DNA of 63,413 nucleotides, the filler included, from Pelomyxa schiedti (lineage: Eukaryota > Protista > Evosea): assembly GCA_020536535.1 (NCBI GenBank). It is 6 parts of 6 records of this genome, joined end to end, with 100 filler letters (N's around TTAATTAATTAA, not from the genome) between each part and the next. Parts side by side here need not be neighbours in the genome. Positions count along the whole stretch, not along the records: positions 19,360 to 42,518 come from JAHLWZ010001059.1; 5 more parts are not named here. One strand, 5' to 3'. The translations under genes and the position numbers were made by a program. A model generated the notes under the pieces. The model was not told the origin of the DNA. It saw only the letters and a list, made by a program, of their open reading frames with translations, and ran no database searches. Positions 22,601-35,414 of this stretch are shown piece after piece (the stretch's first letter is position 1; every line of letters begins with the position of its first letter).

Positions 22601-25596
22601 CTGGGAGGAATTTAACCCCTACTTTACGTAAGTTTTTTTTCCTAACAAACTGAAAATAATGCTCACTTCCCCAACAACTATGAAGTCACTTTGTGAGGTC
22701 GGATCTATCAAAGGCAGAAGAACGATACAACACACACATGAAATCAAGAAGCAGCTCTAGTGCTTCCTCTTCACATCCTTTCACTCCTTGTCCAAAGCTA
22801 CAACCACCATTTGCCCCACTTAGAAACATCACCAGGATCCTCCATTCACATCTTCTTCATGCAGTTTTGCTTGCCGTACTTTACAACCATGCAAGAAATG
22901 CCACGACAACTGAAAGGCTTCTCACAGTCACTCTGCATCTTCTAACTCTCGCAGCTAAAACTCACACAGAGTTCAGCACAGAATTACACTCACAAACTCC
23001 GCAACCACTTCAGCAACAATGTGTACTTAGCATACAACTACCGCATGAGAGCAACCTTGTTATCAATGTCAGAGCAGAGGTCATTCCTCCAAATTCAACA
23101 TCACCCGTCAGTATTCTCTCTTTACTTTGTGACCTTGCGAAAAGCACTTCTCATGCAGTGCATCTGCCACAAATAATTTTGGTTCTTCGTGAATTGTGCT
23201 CACTTGACACTGAAATACAATCAATTGTCACCTCTTCAGTTGGTGACTTGATCTCAACCCCTGAAGAGCAACAGGTGGCGGCCAACAAAAGGAGGCGATT
23301 GCAAAATTCACAAAAGCGTCAAGCGGCAATAATGGCACAGTTTGCTGCACAGCAGGAGGCTTTTGCACATAAATTTGCTGATGAAGGCATGTTTGGGGAT
23401 GTGAAAAAAGAGGAAGTAACCACCAGCAATACCAATACAACGAGAGAGTATGTGTGTGTAATGTGCCGTGAGACTGTAACTGATGCTTCGTCCTTGAACT
23501 CTAAACCCATGGGACTCATTGCACAAGTTCAACTTTCTTCAGTTTTACAGAAGGTGAAACTACAGTCTTTAGTGCTGCAAGGAACTGCATTTGACCAATG
23601 GGATGCTCTTAGTGATGTTACTGTAAGTAATGAACAGACTGAAGTGACCTCTCCGCCACACCCTTCGACATCAACAGCACCGCCAGCAACAACACCAGGT
23701 GCGGGCACTGAACAGGCTGCCAGACAAACTGCACCAACATCTACGACAACAAACTCCAGTGCGGAAACGGAACCGAACTCAAGTGGTACCACTACTAGCA
23801 CCATTACTGCTGAAAATGCTGTTGGTAACACTGCTCGTGAACTTCTACGAGATATTGGGAGTACACCTGGCGTATTTGTATCATGTTGTTCACATGCCAT
23901 ACATGCTGAATGTTTCCAAACTTACTTTGAAAGCTTGAGAAAGAGAGACGCAGCAGGGAGTGACTACGAGGGCCGCAGTGCTATCTGTCTAAGCCGTGGG
24001 GAATTTTGTTGCCCAGCCTGTCGCCAGCTTGCAAACTGTATCATACCAATAATCGTTGAACCCTCTGTGAACCAGCCGGAAGTTGTGCAAGGAGATTCAT
24101 CTTCCTCAACCTTGCCATCTGGTGCGTCACCTACAAGCAGTGGTGGAAGGGTAAATACGTTGAAGACTTGGGTAAGTGGACTGTTTGGTTTCTTCCAGAG
24201 CAAGCAAGCCGCAGAACCACTTCCAGCCAGTCCCCTCAATATTTTTGCCCACAGGATATACCAAGCGATAACAAAGCAACGAGATCTCCCGTCTCGTGGC
24301 ACACTCACTTTTCCCACATATGTTTCCGGTGCAATAGCCTCAACTATTGCAACCCTGGAGGTTGAGCTGCGGGCCAAGCCAACCGCCGAAGTGAAACTGT
24401 ATCCTCAGCAGCAGGAGCAACTGCGTTACATGTGCCGTGCCGCACATGCACTTTATGCGGAAGATAGTGCTCTATGCCAGCTCTACAAGGACTTACTCCT
24501 GGGTACACTTACTGGTGAGTTCGAAAAGCACTCAGTACCCCTGGAGCTGGAGGTCTCTCCCCTCGACTGTGACCCATTTGCTTGCGTTGTCCATCTTGTC
24601 TGCATGGAGGGATCAAATGTCTTGGAGTCCATTCTCCCTTCCGCGTTCTTTGCTTGGTTGGTGAAGTCTACCTTAGCACTCAAACTTCCCCGAACTACAT
24701 CGGAAACGGCTGCCACAACAAGCACCAGCACACAGTCTGAGGAGCAACGGGAATCTTTGGACTCCGTATGGGAATTGGGCTACCAAGTGGCAAAGCTGTG
24801 GTTACCAAAGTACTCTGATAAAGAAGCAACTGTTGACGAAGTAACACCTTCATCACTTGTTGAACAACTTGCGACGCACTCCTTATGCTTCCTCAGGAGG
24901 GTGGCCCTATTTATGCACGCATGTTTTGAATGGGAAAACCCCCCCACCGATTTTGAAGCTCTACTAACTTATTTGAAACTAACGGGAATGAAGCCATCCC
25001 TCTCAAACACAAGTTCTGTCCAAGAGACTACAACAAAACAAAAGCAGTTGACCTTCAAAACTCTGCAAGTTTGGCTGCAAAAAACAATAAGGAGCGGCAC
25101 CCAACACCCGCTTGTGGACTCCCCGCTAAAGCCCTTCTCGCTCATTTCGCTCCCCAACGAATATGTCAACCTTTTCCGGATGAGCATTGATCACCCTTGC
25201 TCTTTGTGCGGCTCAGTACCAGCGGAGCCAGCGGTGTGCCTTATTTGCGGAGACATGCTGTGCTGGGGATCACCTATGCCAGGACCCGGCGGAAAGGAAA
25301 TGGGACAATGCAACCTGCACTCTTGCATGTGCATGGGGGGAGTTGGAGTGCTGCTCCTGGTGAAGCAAGTGTCAGTTGTGCTCTTGGCTCCTCACCGGCT
25401 GCATGCCCGCGGCACTGTGTGGTGGTCAATATACCTGGACAGCCACCGGGAAGAGGATATTGGAATGAGGAGAGGCCGGCCGCTGTTCCTGGATGCCGCG
25501 AGATACGCCCAGCTCAACACACTCGTAGTCACCAACAACATCGAGAACTACTGCGTTCAGCACTTCCGTCCTGGCATCAACTGGTTACATTTTTGA
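19652..25596 (+). CDS. UBR1/2/3-family N-recognin E3 ubiquitin ligase (multi-exon)
   Basis: Spliced UBR box [54 protein letters not shown]; winged-helix HSKLL..LDSVLKTVATF; RING-H2 CVMC..CSHAIHAECF..CPAC; C-terminal CLICG..YLDSHREEDIGMRRGRPLFL. Confidence 0.93.
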
Positions 25597-25704
25597 GTGC
25601 CACAGCACCGAAATCCCTAAACAACTAAACGTCATCACACTCTTTTTCGGTTCTGTCAAACGCCAATCAAAACAGACTTCGAACCAAGAGGCGTGTCAGA
25701 CGGG

Positions 25705-28700
25705 ATGCAGGAGCTGCACTACATACAGACGACGAGGCCAGGGGGGGCGCTGAGCGGGTGCGCGGTGACGGCGGTGCCGCACAACGGGGCGCTGACGCTG
25801 GTGGTGGCGGACGGCGACTCGGTGCTGTGCGTGACGGCGTCCGAGTTCCTGGGGGACGACGCGGACGCCACCGCGGCCAGGGACGACGACGGGCGCGGGG
25901 GCTGCGGCGGCGACGACTGCCTGCTGCCGCTGCTGGACGAGCAGCCGCCGTCGTCCCCGCGCTGGTCCGCCGCCGACCCCCCGCCCGGCGAGTGCCCCGG
26001 CGCGTCCACGGCCAGCCCCGCCTACGGGCTGCGGCAGGCGCCGGCCCACCACCAGCAGCAGCCGCCGCAGGCCTCGGCGGAGTCGCCCCCGGCGGTGACG
26101 GGCGGAGGTGGAGGAGGAGGAGGTAGCACCAGCGGGGGGAGCAGCTGCGAGGGCGAGGAGCGGTGGCAGCTGCACTACGGGCACGGGCACAGGGGAGGCG
26201 GGGGGGAAGGGGGAGGAGGCGACGGCGGGGGAGGGCACTTGCACTACCACCACCAGCACCAGCACCAGTACCACAGGCACCCGCTGCAGAGCCACCTGCA
26301 CCGGCACCACGGCCGCTCCCTGTCCCAGGGCGACGTGGGGGGGTCGCAGGCCATGTGCCCCGACTGCGCCGCGGCTGGCGGCTGCGCCGCGGACTGCTCG
26401 GCCTGCGCCTCCACCTCGGGAAGCACCGTCACCACGAGCGTAGTGGTGGGCTCCGGCTCCGGCTCTGGTTCTGCTTCTGGTTCTGTGGGGGCAAACGGGA
26501 CTGGAAGTGGTGGCGGGGGTGTGAGTGGCAGCGGGAACGGGAACGGGAACGGGAACGGCGCAGAGAACGGGAGTGGATGCGGATGCGGAAGTGGAGGTGC
26601 CGCCATTGGAAATGACAGTGCTTGCGGCGGAGGGACACTTACTGGAAGCTGTGGTGGGGCCAGCTCTGCCAATACATCACCTTCGGTGGACAGGTGCAGC
26701 TCGTTGCATTGGCCGGCGGTTTCTGTTGATTTAATGAGCTCCGGAATGGGCCTGAACTTCATTTCACCTGCGCAGTCGGCACTCCCACCCTCACCGTCAG
26801 TTGCGCCACCATCACCACTGCAGTCACCGTGTTTAACGCAGTCGCCGAGTTCAAGTCAAACAGCAACCCTATCATCTTCACCTTCTCCCACCTCCACTTC
26901 TCTACCAGAAAATTGTAATTTGACAGTTGTATCTATTGCTTCCTTCCAAGTGAGTGGGAGGCCTGTTGTGGCGATTCTTGCATGTTTTGCTCAACCACTT
27001 GATGCGTCGGAGGTAACAACTGCACCCTCCAACATTAGTTCCCCTTGTATGTCAACTTTTGTATCCTTCACACTTCAATTCCCAATCCAACACATGCACC
27101 TTTTCCCCCCTTGCTATTCACTCCCCCTTCACTCACAAATCTTTTTTCCCAGATCAACCTCCTGACGTGCAAACCTCCCAGTCACAATCTCAATCTCAGT
27201 CACAGACTCAATCACAGACCCAATCACAACAGCGCCGTCGGATGTCTTGTGCACCTAAACCTGCTCCACCAAAGCTTCATGGAGTATTGTATGTGTGTGG
27301 CGCTCACACAGCTGAGTCCCGTAATCGCCCATTAGCTTCCATTATCAGCACTGACTTCCAGGCAATCCTGTTGAACTTTCCTCCATTAATTATGGAATGT
27401 ATGGAGGTATTTCTTTACTGCAGATACCCTCAACCCCTGACAATTTGATCGCAGGTCCACCGAAGTTGGACATTTGTCATAACAAGGAGTGATTGGTCCC
27501 GTCCAGCACCAAAGAAAGAAACAACCACTCAACCTCCACACCATCCATCACATACGTCGACACCACCCCCTCCTCCATCACCACCTCCACCACCTTATCC
27601 TGTGCATGTATTTGCCGAAAGCCATCATGGTAATTACACTGAAGTTGACGCAAAGATTCGCCTTCCAGAGTTTGACAATCTTCCTACAAGGTTTGAGTAT
27701 TCTGATTTTCTAATGAGCTAAGTTTCACAAGTTGCTTGAGTATTGCATCAAGAACAAGTAATTTAAATCGAATCACTGTTTGCGGGTGCACAAATGGATA
27801 TATTCGAATAGCCAGACACTGTGCTGGTACAATTACCCTCAACTTGTAATATATGACTATACAACTCAAATGGTCTTAGTTTTAAAGTTTTCTTTTTCGT
27901 GCAGAGGCCAAGTGTGAAATCATTGGGGAAATCACACTGGATGGACCAATAAGCTCCGTGTGCTTATTTCCACCTCGACCAACGCTTCCAATTGGTACGC
28001 ACTAGTTTGCTTCTCTCCTTGAACCACTTACCTTTGTTCCAGGGGCAATGCATCCTGTAGCACAACACATCCAGAAGTCTGTTGTTGGGCGTGGTCCAGG
28101 GTCATTCACAAGCAGGAGTACGAAGGAAGCACCAATTCCCACAAGAAGAATTGGTGATGTCGTTCCCCTTCCCATGTTTATGCCCGCTGATGAGCTTCTG
28201 CATCTCGCAGCAGCTTCTGCATTGGGCTATGCAATCGTTTTCAGGTTTTGCCCCTCCTCCACTATCTAGGGCTCAATTCCCGCAGTAATGTTCTGAAAGA
28301 GGGATTCTCAAAGGGGCAAATCCTTCCCGAATCCGACACGCACGATTCCTGCACCGGCGTTCTCGCCGCCGACATTGACTGGGACGGCAACAACGAATTA
28401 CTTGTCACAACCTTTGGACAAGCCATGCTAGTTTACAACCAATGTATCCCAAACTCCCCGCTTTGATGAAGGAATTCTAATTTACACACATACACAACAG
28501 GTGACATTACCGGCTCACCCAATCACGTGCAGTTTGAGCTCCACAAGACATACCGATTCGCCCGGCCTGTATATTCTCCTTGGTGCAGTGATGTCACCGG
28601 TGATGGCCTGGATGAGCTAATTGTGCCTGCAATGGGAGGATGCCACATCATGCAGGCGAACCTGAAAACAGCCAAGGAGAAGGTTCAAATTATCACATCA

Positions 28701-28815
28701 GCCACTATAAGACTTATCTACCAAAAAGGTGGACGCCCAATTGGCTGCACTTGCTGAACTGATTCAACTGGAGGAAGAGGCCAGTGCCAAGAAGAGTTCT
28801 AGTGGATCCTCCTAA
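25705..28815 (+). CDS. KPTN: Kaptin (KICSTOR subunit) homolog with a large low-complexity insertion (multi-exon)
   Basis: LPESDTHDSCTGVLAADIDWDGNNELLVTTFGQAMLVY and RFARPVY..DVTGDGLDELIV..GCHIMQ match the KPTN C-terminal FG-GAP-like region; TVVSIASF..VVAI matches the KPTN N-terminal blade; TAA 28813-15. Confidence 0.8.
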
Positions 28816-29577
28816 AGTTACTCCCATACTATGCAGCTTTGGGAAGGGCAGAGTATGGGGCAGAGAGGTGGAGGAGAAGGAGGGTACCTCTCTTCTCTCC
28901 CTATTCTCCTCTTTTTGCCAACCTAAAAGCACTTAGAGTAAGTGAAGGCAATAATGCATAATCATTGCTCTTCATTTACCATGTTATTTGGTTGCACGTC
29001 CAGCATAACCCCAAGTCGCTGTGTTCTGCCCAAAAATTTTCGGAGAATTTCCCATAAAAATTTTTGGAAACGAAAATTTTGGTTTTTGCGCATTTTTTTC
29101 TTTTTAAGAAAGAAATAGAATAATTTTATTTCAAAAAAAAAAACAAAGTGGATGCAAGGCACAACAAGGCGCATTTGGAGCAGCACAAGGAGTGGGTGTT
29201 GGGAGTGCATTTGAGAGCGGGAGTGGTGGTGCATTTGGGAGCAGCAGCATTTGGATTGGAGCGGTGCATTTTGGAGCTGGGAGTTTGGGGTGGGGGGGGG
29301 TGCAGCATCACATTTGGGGATATAGCAGCAAGCAAGCAGCAGCAAGGGCATAGTTTACAACAGAGCTCTATTATATTTTGCCAAACCTTCTCTGATAGAT
29401 AATACAGGCGGGGGAATTGCCTCGTGCTCCGCACCACCCTCACTCTCCTCTTCTTGGTTGCTTTTAGGTGCCTACGGTTGGTGTTTTGGTGCCGGTTCGG
29501 CCATGAGACGCCAAACCGCTGCTTCAGCTCTCGAAAAGAAAACAAAACCCTCTTCGGAAAACTTTCAAAAAAAAAAA

Positions 29578-32500
29578 ATGATGCTTCGGGGCACCAACGG
29601 GTGCAGGGATGAGATCGCACCAAGTTGGGTGCGAGTGGAGGTAGACATCGTTGGGTGGTTGTCTGTGACCTCGGTGACAATGAGATTCATGAGCAACGAG
29701 GTAATTGGTAAACCGTGTACGTGGGCGGTTTTGAATTGTGGGATTGCAGGCACCACATGGCGAGTCTGTTGCAAAAGATGAATTTGAGTTGATTTTTGCC
29801 CTACCTGAAAATTCAACTGTTTGTGGTTATGCTGCTGACATTGAAGGTTTGTTGTTTTTTGTTTTGTTTTTCTTTCCCTCTGTGGCTTCAAACTACTTTT
29901 TTTTTTTTTTTCACAGTAGAATCTTTTGTTAGGAAAGATGGTTGAAGCCAATGTGATCGAAAAACAAGTTGCACGAGCTGCTCTTGAGACTAGTGTATAG
30001 AAAATTTCTCTTTGGACAATGAAGTGCTAAGTAAACAAGATAAGGGCCAATAAGGGAGCGAGCCTGGCCGAAAAAACTTCTGGCAATCTTTTCAGGGTTC
30101 GAATTTTTCCCGTTCTCCCTGGGATTGCTCGCGTTATCAAAGTTGCCTTCAGTAAAACTCTTGGCTGTGATGGCGTTTATAATTTCCCCTTGAAGTCCTG
30201 TGCTGATTCCACGTCAATTAAAGTTCGTCCCTCTCTTTTCCATCACCTGTGAACCAATTATATTTGGGTCTTGTTATTATTTAGATAAATGTCTTTTCTC
30301 TGTCCCCGAATTCTCCTCTTGTTACTCTTGGTGCTGAGCGCTACTCAATGACTCAACAAAGTGAAAGCAATGGTGTGGTTACTCAACATTAATCTTTTCT
30401 CTTATTTATTTGTCAGCAACTCAATATGAATTCAGCTTCTCCACTGATCTGCATTCTGTAAATACTACCATTTGCATCCACACTGGACTAGAATTGATTG
30501 ACCAAGCCACAATACCTGCGTTTACAGAACGTGGTGACGAGGCTATTGATGACAATGACTTTACATTTTTCTATGCCCCACTGGTTCTGAATTCAACGAA
30601 TATTCCGCAGTCAATGTCCCCCTCGGTTGTTGTGGTTCTATGGGACACTTCCCAAAGTAGATTAGAGTGCAATAAGTCCAGGTATTGTTTTGGTCATCCC
30701 ACCTATCTTAAAAAGAAAAGAGAAGTGGAAGCCTTGCTCTTCCTGCTTAAGAACTTGAATCCTTCCTTTATTGACGTTGTCTGCTTTTCCAATCAAGTTA
30801 CTTCTTATGAACGCTTTTCTGTGTGTAATCCAAGAAACAAAATATATTCTGAATGGTACTGGAGGGATCAGATAGAGTAACAACTACAATGAACTTCATC
30901 ACCAACCTTTCATATGACGGTGGCACCAATTTAAGTGCTGCTGTGAATTGGGCTGCTAAGTCTTTTTCTGCCATTAATGGAGTCATAGGGCTACTCTTTA
31001 GTGACGGTTTAACTTCCTGGGGGGAGGTATTCCCAACAAGAAAGTTTTTTGAGTATTCAACTCTTTTCCTAGGAGTATAAAACCGTAGAGATGCTGAATA
31101 TTCCCTTTTTTACTTTTACTGCCTCTGTGCGTGCCGATTTTCTAGTTTTACAAGTATCCCACCCTTTTTCCCCACTGAGTTTCACACTCCATAGAGAATC
31201 GCAAGTGGGACAGGAGGCCTTTTCTTTAACCTACAAGAGAACAAGTAGCGTTCCCTTCCCTGTTTCTTTTAACAATTAATAGAGACGTGTCTGCTGTCCT
31301 GGCAACTCGTGTTTATTACATGCGCGCAACTGACGTAACTGGTCGAATAGTTTCCGATGTGTATCCGTCAACACCACAACCAGTTGGTACACCCTTCTGG
31401 ATTTCTGGGAAAATTATTACACCAATACATGAAGGTTGGAAAATCAATTTAGACTATTTATGTCTAACATTCACCTTTCAAGACATTATCACGATTCACT
31501 TTTGTGTGCCCTCAACAAACATCTCTTTCACAAAAGCTGTGTCTGTTTCGCGAAATACCGTGACCACAGCACCCATGGGAATAGGTTATTTTCTTCACGT
31601 ATTATAAGGGTCGATATCAAACCAAGGTATAGTATCAAGATTTTGGGCACAGATGCTGGTAAACGAAAAAGCTTCCTTTGGAAACCCAAGCCACAGTAAG
31701 GAAAATATTATCTCCTTGGCAAGAAAATACAAGTTGCATTATCTCCCTTCCAATTATGCACTAAGATAGGATTCCAAAGATTTGTTACAGATGACACTTC
31801 TTTTATGCTACTCGACTCTCTTGATCAAGTATACCCCACGGTTACCATGTCAACACACTTTTTACACCCCCTTTCCTTTTTCACAAGTACTTGGAGCATG
31901 GAATTGAACCTGCCGATTCCCTTCCAGAAATCAAAAAAGAGTATGAAGTGAAAATTGCACTCAGAGAAGTAAGCATGTTTCTTTCACCTAAACCCTGAGA
32001 ATTATCCTTCCCATCAAGGCTGAAAAGGCAAGAGATTTGGTGCAGTATAGCCAGTATGTTGCCAAAATGTGGCGGAGGAGAGTTTCTTGGTGGGAAGCAC
32101 ATTACGATGGCTGTACCCGAGTGTGCTGGTATAGTATAACTTCCTGAACTAATAAAAATCATCAGAATTGCTTGGACTTGAACTTTTTGTCTTTAGAGGC
32201 AGCCCAATACCAGGTCAATGATAACAATCGGCCCTTGGAGCCAGATTTTATTCCTCCCACTCCCGAGCCTGCTCCTAAGCCAGCAGTGGAAGCACCACGA
32301 GCTGCTTCCGGCACCTTCGGTCTCTTTGGACGTAGGAAATTACATCCCCCTCCAGAACCGAGTGAATTGGTTGGCTCTTCATTCTGCCCTCTGTAGCTCA
32401 CTTTCCAATAGATAAAAAATCTGCGCGAGGCAAGTGAAGCTATAGAAAAGCGAGGATACCAACTCGAAAAGAGAATCAAGACAGAAAAAGAAAAAGCTCT

Positions 32501-35289
32501 AGCATTTCACCGAGCTAAGAATAAGCGTGGCACGCCTTTCCCAAGTTTGATGTAATGCTAAATATTGTCTGCAGCATGTATGTTCTCTCTTAAGCAGGCC
32601 AAATTACTATCTTCACAAATGGAGTCCCTGTTTACAAGACAAACTGCGATTGAACAGACTCTTTTGACACTGGAATCAGCAACCACTAACCTGGAATGCA
32701 TGAAAATTGGAGCCGCAGCCCTCGGGCAGGCCCCATCTGTGACCCTTTCAGTTGAGGATTCAATGGACAGTATCAGAGATCAACTGGATTCATGTGAAGA
32801 GATAAGTGACGCTATCTCTCAGCCAATTTCGGAAATATTTGATGAGGAAGAGCTCGAACAAGGTAGAGTTTCGACCAACATAACTAGACGTTAGACGTAC
32901 AACATAGAGCTTGAGGAACTTGTCTTCGCAGAATCGGGCCAGGAAACAATAATGAAAACCATAGCGTGCACTCCCCAGTCATCAGGAGTACAGTTAAATC
33001 GCAGCGAAGATGATGAGTTGGCTGAACTGGAAAGAATGATGATGGGAGATTATAGTCCATCATGTTTTTTTCTTCCCTTTTGGAGTGCATCTTACAAAGC
33101 AAAGTGCCAACCAACACTTCTGAAGAAATATTGCACCAGAATGGATCAGAATCCGTTACTCAGGAATTCTGTCAAGCAACCCAATACCCTGCACCTGATC
33201 CAGTACAATCTTGCGGCCATTTTAGTTTGGAAGCCCCTGTGCAACCATTTTCCTCAAGGCCAGAAGGAGATGAAAAATGTACGAAAGTGTTTGGGATCTT
33301 TACCCACCCTCACTACAGATGATTTTTCTTTACCTTCAGTGCATGATAGAGGCCGCGAAGTATCTGAGAGGTATCCTCACCCTGTTAGAAGTTGCCATCT
33401 CATCCTACACAGTGATGTGGAAAAATCTGGATGGTGTACAAAACAAGGAGGGTCCCTGAAAAGCTGGAAGAGGAGATTTTACGTGCTCAAAGGGAATAAT
33501 TTATTGTACTTCAAGTCCCCAACGGTGGTTATTCTCACCCCAACCTTACCTCTTAATTAAAAAAAAAACCAGGAAAAAGAACCAGTAGCCTGCATTAAAC
33601 TTGACCCAAGAATGGAGATTACCAAAGAAGAACGCCATACGCGTCATGTCCTCACCATAAAAAGTAGCTTCATTAACTTCTTAATCATTTAATAACCCCG
33701 GAAGTTCCCCGAAGATCCTACATAATGAATTTGGACTCTAAAGAGGAAATTGACTCCTGGGTGGATTGTTTACAGCGGAAGCTAGCCACCCTTGGTCCTG
33801 CCTTACAAATTCTGCCAATCCCACAAGGGCAAAGAATTCTACCAAGTTATCCATTATCTTCGCCAGTGCTTGTTGACATTGTTACAGTGATAAACAATTC
33901 TGAAAGATTTTTCCTTTCCCTCCCTGATGTTACCGTTCTCCAAGAATATGGACATGTCCTCAAACGTCATTCAAGTATGCCAGAGTTTTTCCCAGTATTC
34001 TGAGTTCAATAGACATCCTCAACTCTCTGAGAACAATAATTGAAAGCAATAGTGTCCTTTGCCTAAATCCCGCTTTCTTTATCCAAGTGGCACTGTGTCT
34101 TTTTGAACACGGAGGAATGTCACTTTTGTATTTACTCTCCTTAAACTATACAATTACCTCACGTTTCTGTTCCAAGATTCTTAAGTAACATGACTGAAAG
34201 TAATCCTGAAAACAGTCGGGCAATCCGATCGGCTTCTTTCCTTCTTATGCAAGCTGGACTTATCGAGTTTCTTTCATTCTTTTCCCTTGTATCGTGACTT
34301 AAGTGCACATAGTGAGGCTATTTATCTGCTCGAGAAATGCTTGAAACTCCGGCAAGAGGAGCCCCAAGTCATTTTATATTTATCTTTTGATTTCTTAATG
34401 TAATCTTTCAGTCACACCGTGATCTTGCATTAGCTCTGATGCAAACCGGAAAACCAGGTGTGCTCCAACTAAAATCTAGGCTTTGGTGGTAAACTTTTCT
34501 GAATGCAGGTGATCTGGAGAGAGCACTGTCGCTGATGCACCACGTGATTACCCAAAGATGGGACACTAGATTTGCCCAAATTCAAGTTGTTGCCCTTATG
34601 GTTAGTCTGCCTAGCTCTTTTTTTTTCCGAACCAAGGTGTCTGCAGGAGTTTAATTCCATGTTGACAAGATCTGATACCCCAAGGTACTGAGGATTGACA
34701 AGTAGGAGGTTCTGAATTTTGATTCCATAGTACCACTTCTGTGGATCCTGATCCGCGAATAATTTCACCAATTGATGTTGATATCCGCTGTGTAATGCAA
34801 TGGGATACTGATATGACAGGCATACATGAGCCTTTTTTCTTGGGAATGAAAGTCTGCAGATGTGGAGCTTATAGTAATAGAGCCTAATGGGGAAAAGTGC
34901 TTCAGTTTCAACAACCTCAGTAAATGTGGTGCATTAGTTTCCAAGAACTTTAGCCGCGGATATGGCCCAACTGAATATATTGTATGCTAAATAATTCCAC
35001 TTACATTTAAATGCCGCGAATAACCAGTTTCAAGATAAAAAAAGCTGTTCCTGGAACCTACAAGATATTTGCCCGGCTATACCACACGCCGGACCCCAGG
35101 TATTCACACAATTATGCTGTTTTTGACTCACATCAATCATCCTTTCCGGAAAGCATTATTGTTACCACCTGTGTGAGTGTTACTGTGGATTTCGGCAGAA
35201 CAACAGAACAACTCGTGGGATACTGTGTAGCACCCGTCAGTCACAAAACTCCCGAGGTTCTTGTTGGAACAATAGATTGCACGAATTAA
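29578..35289 (+). CDS. Chimeric VIT-vWA-[Snf7/ESCRT-III]-[PH]-TPR-DUF2135 protein (multi-exon)
   Basis: VIT (FELIFALPENSTVCGYAADIEGKMVEANVIEKQVAR..GNLFRVRIFP); vWA (LWDTSQS, GGTNLS, LFSDG); RFWAQ..FVTDDTSFMLLDSLDQYLEHGIEP..WRRRVSWW; Snf7 32316-32925; PH about 33412-33790; [61 protein letters not shown]. Confidence 0.8.
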
Positions 35290-35414
35290 TCCCTTATGGG
35301 CAATCAAAGTTTTTTTTTGTTTTCTTTGTTTAAAGTTTAAACATGGCAAGGTGTTTTGTTGGTTTGGTAAATGTTACAGCAGACTCTCTTTCGTTCTACC
35401 CGGAGATTTCTTGA

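Noticed and set aside
25696-26762. Long antisense and alternative-frame ORFs over KPTN; likewise over AK (37849-38585) and 41008-41529
   Set aside because: GC-rich, low-complexity shadow ORFs with no motifs
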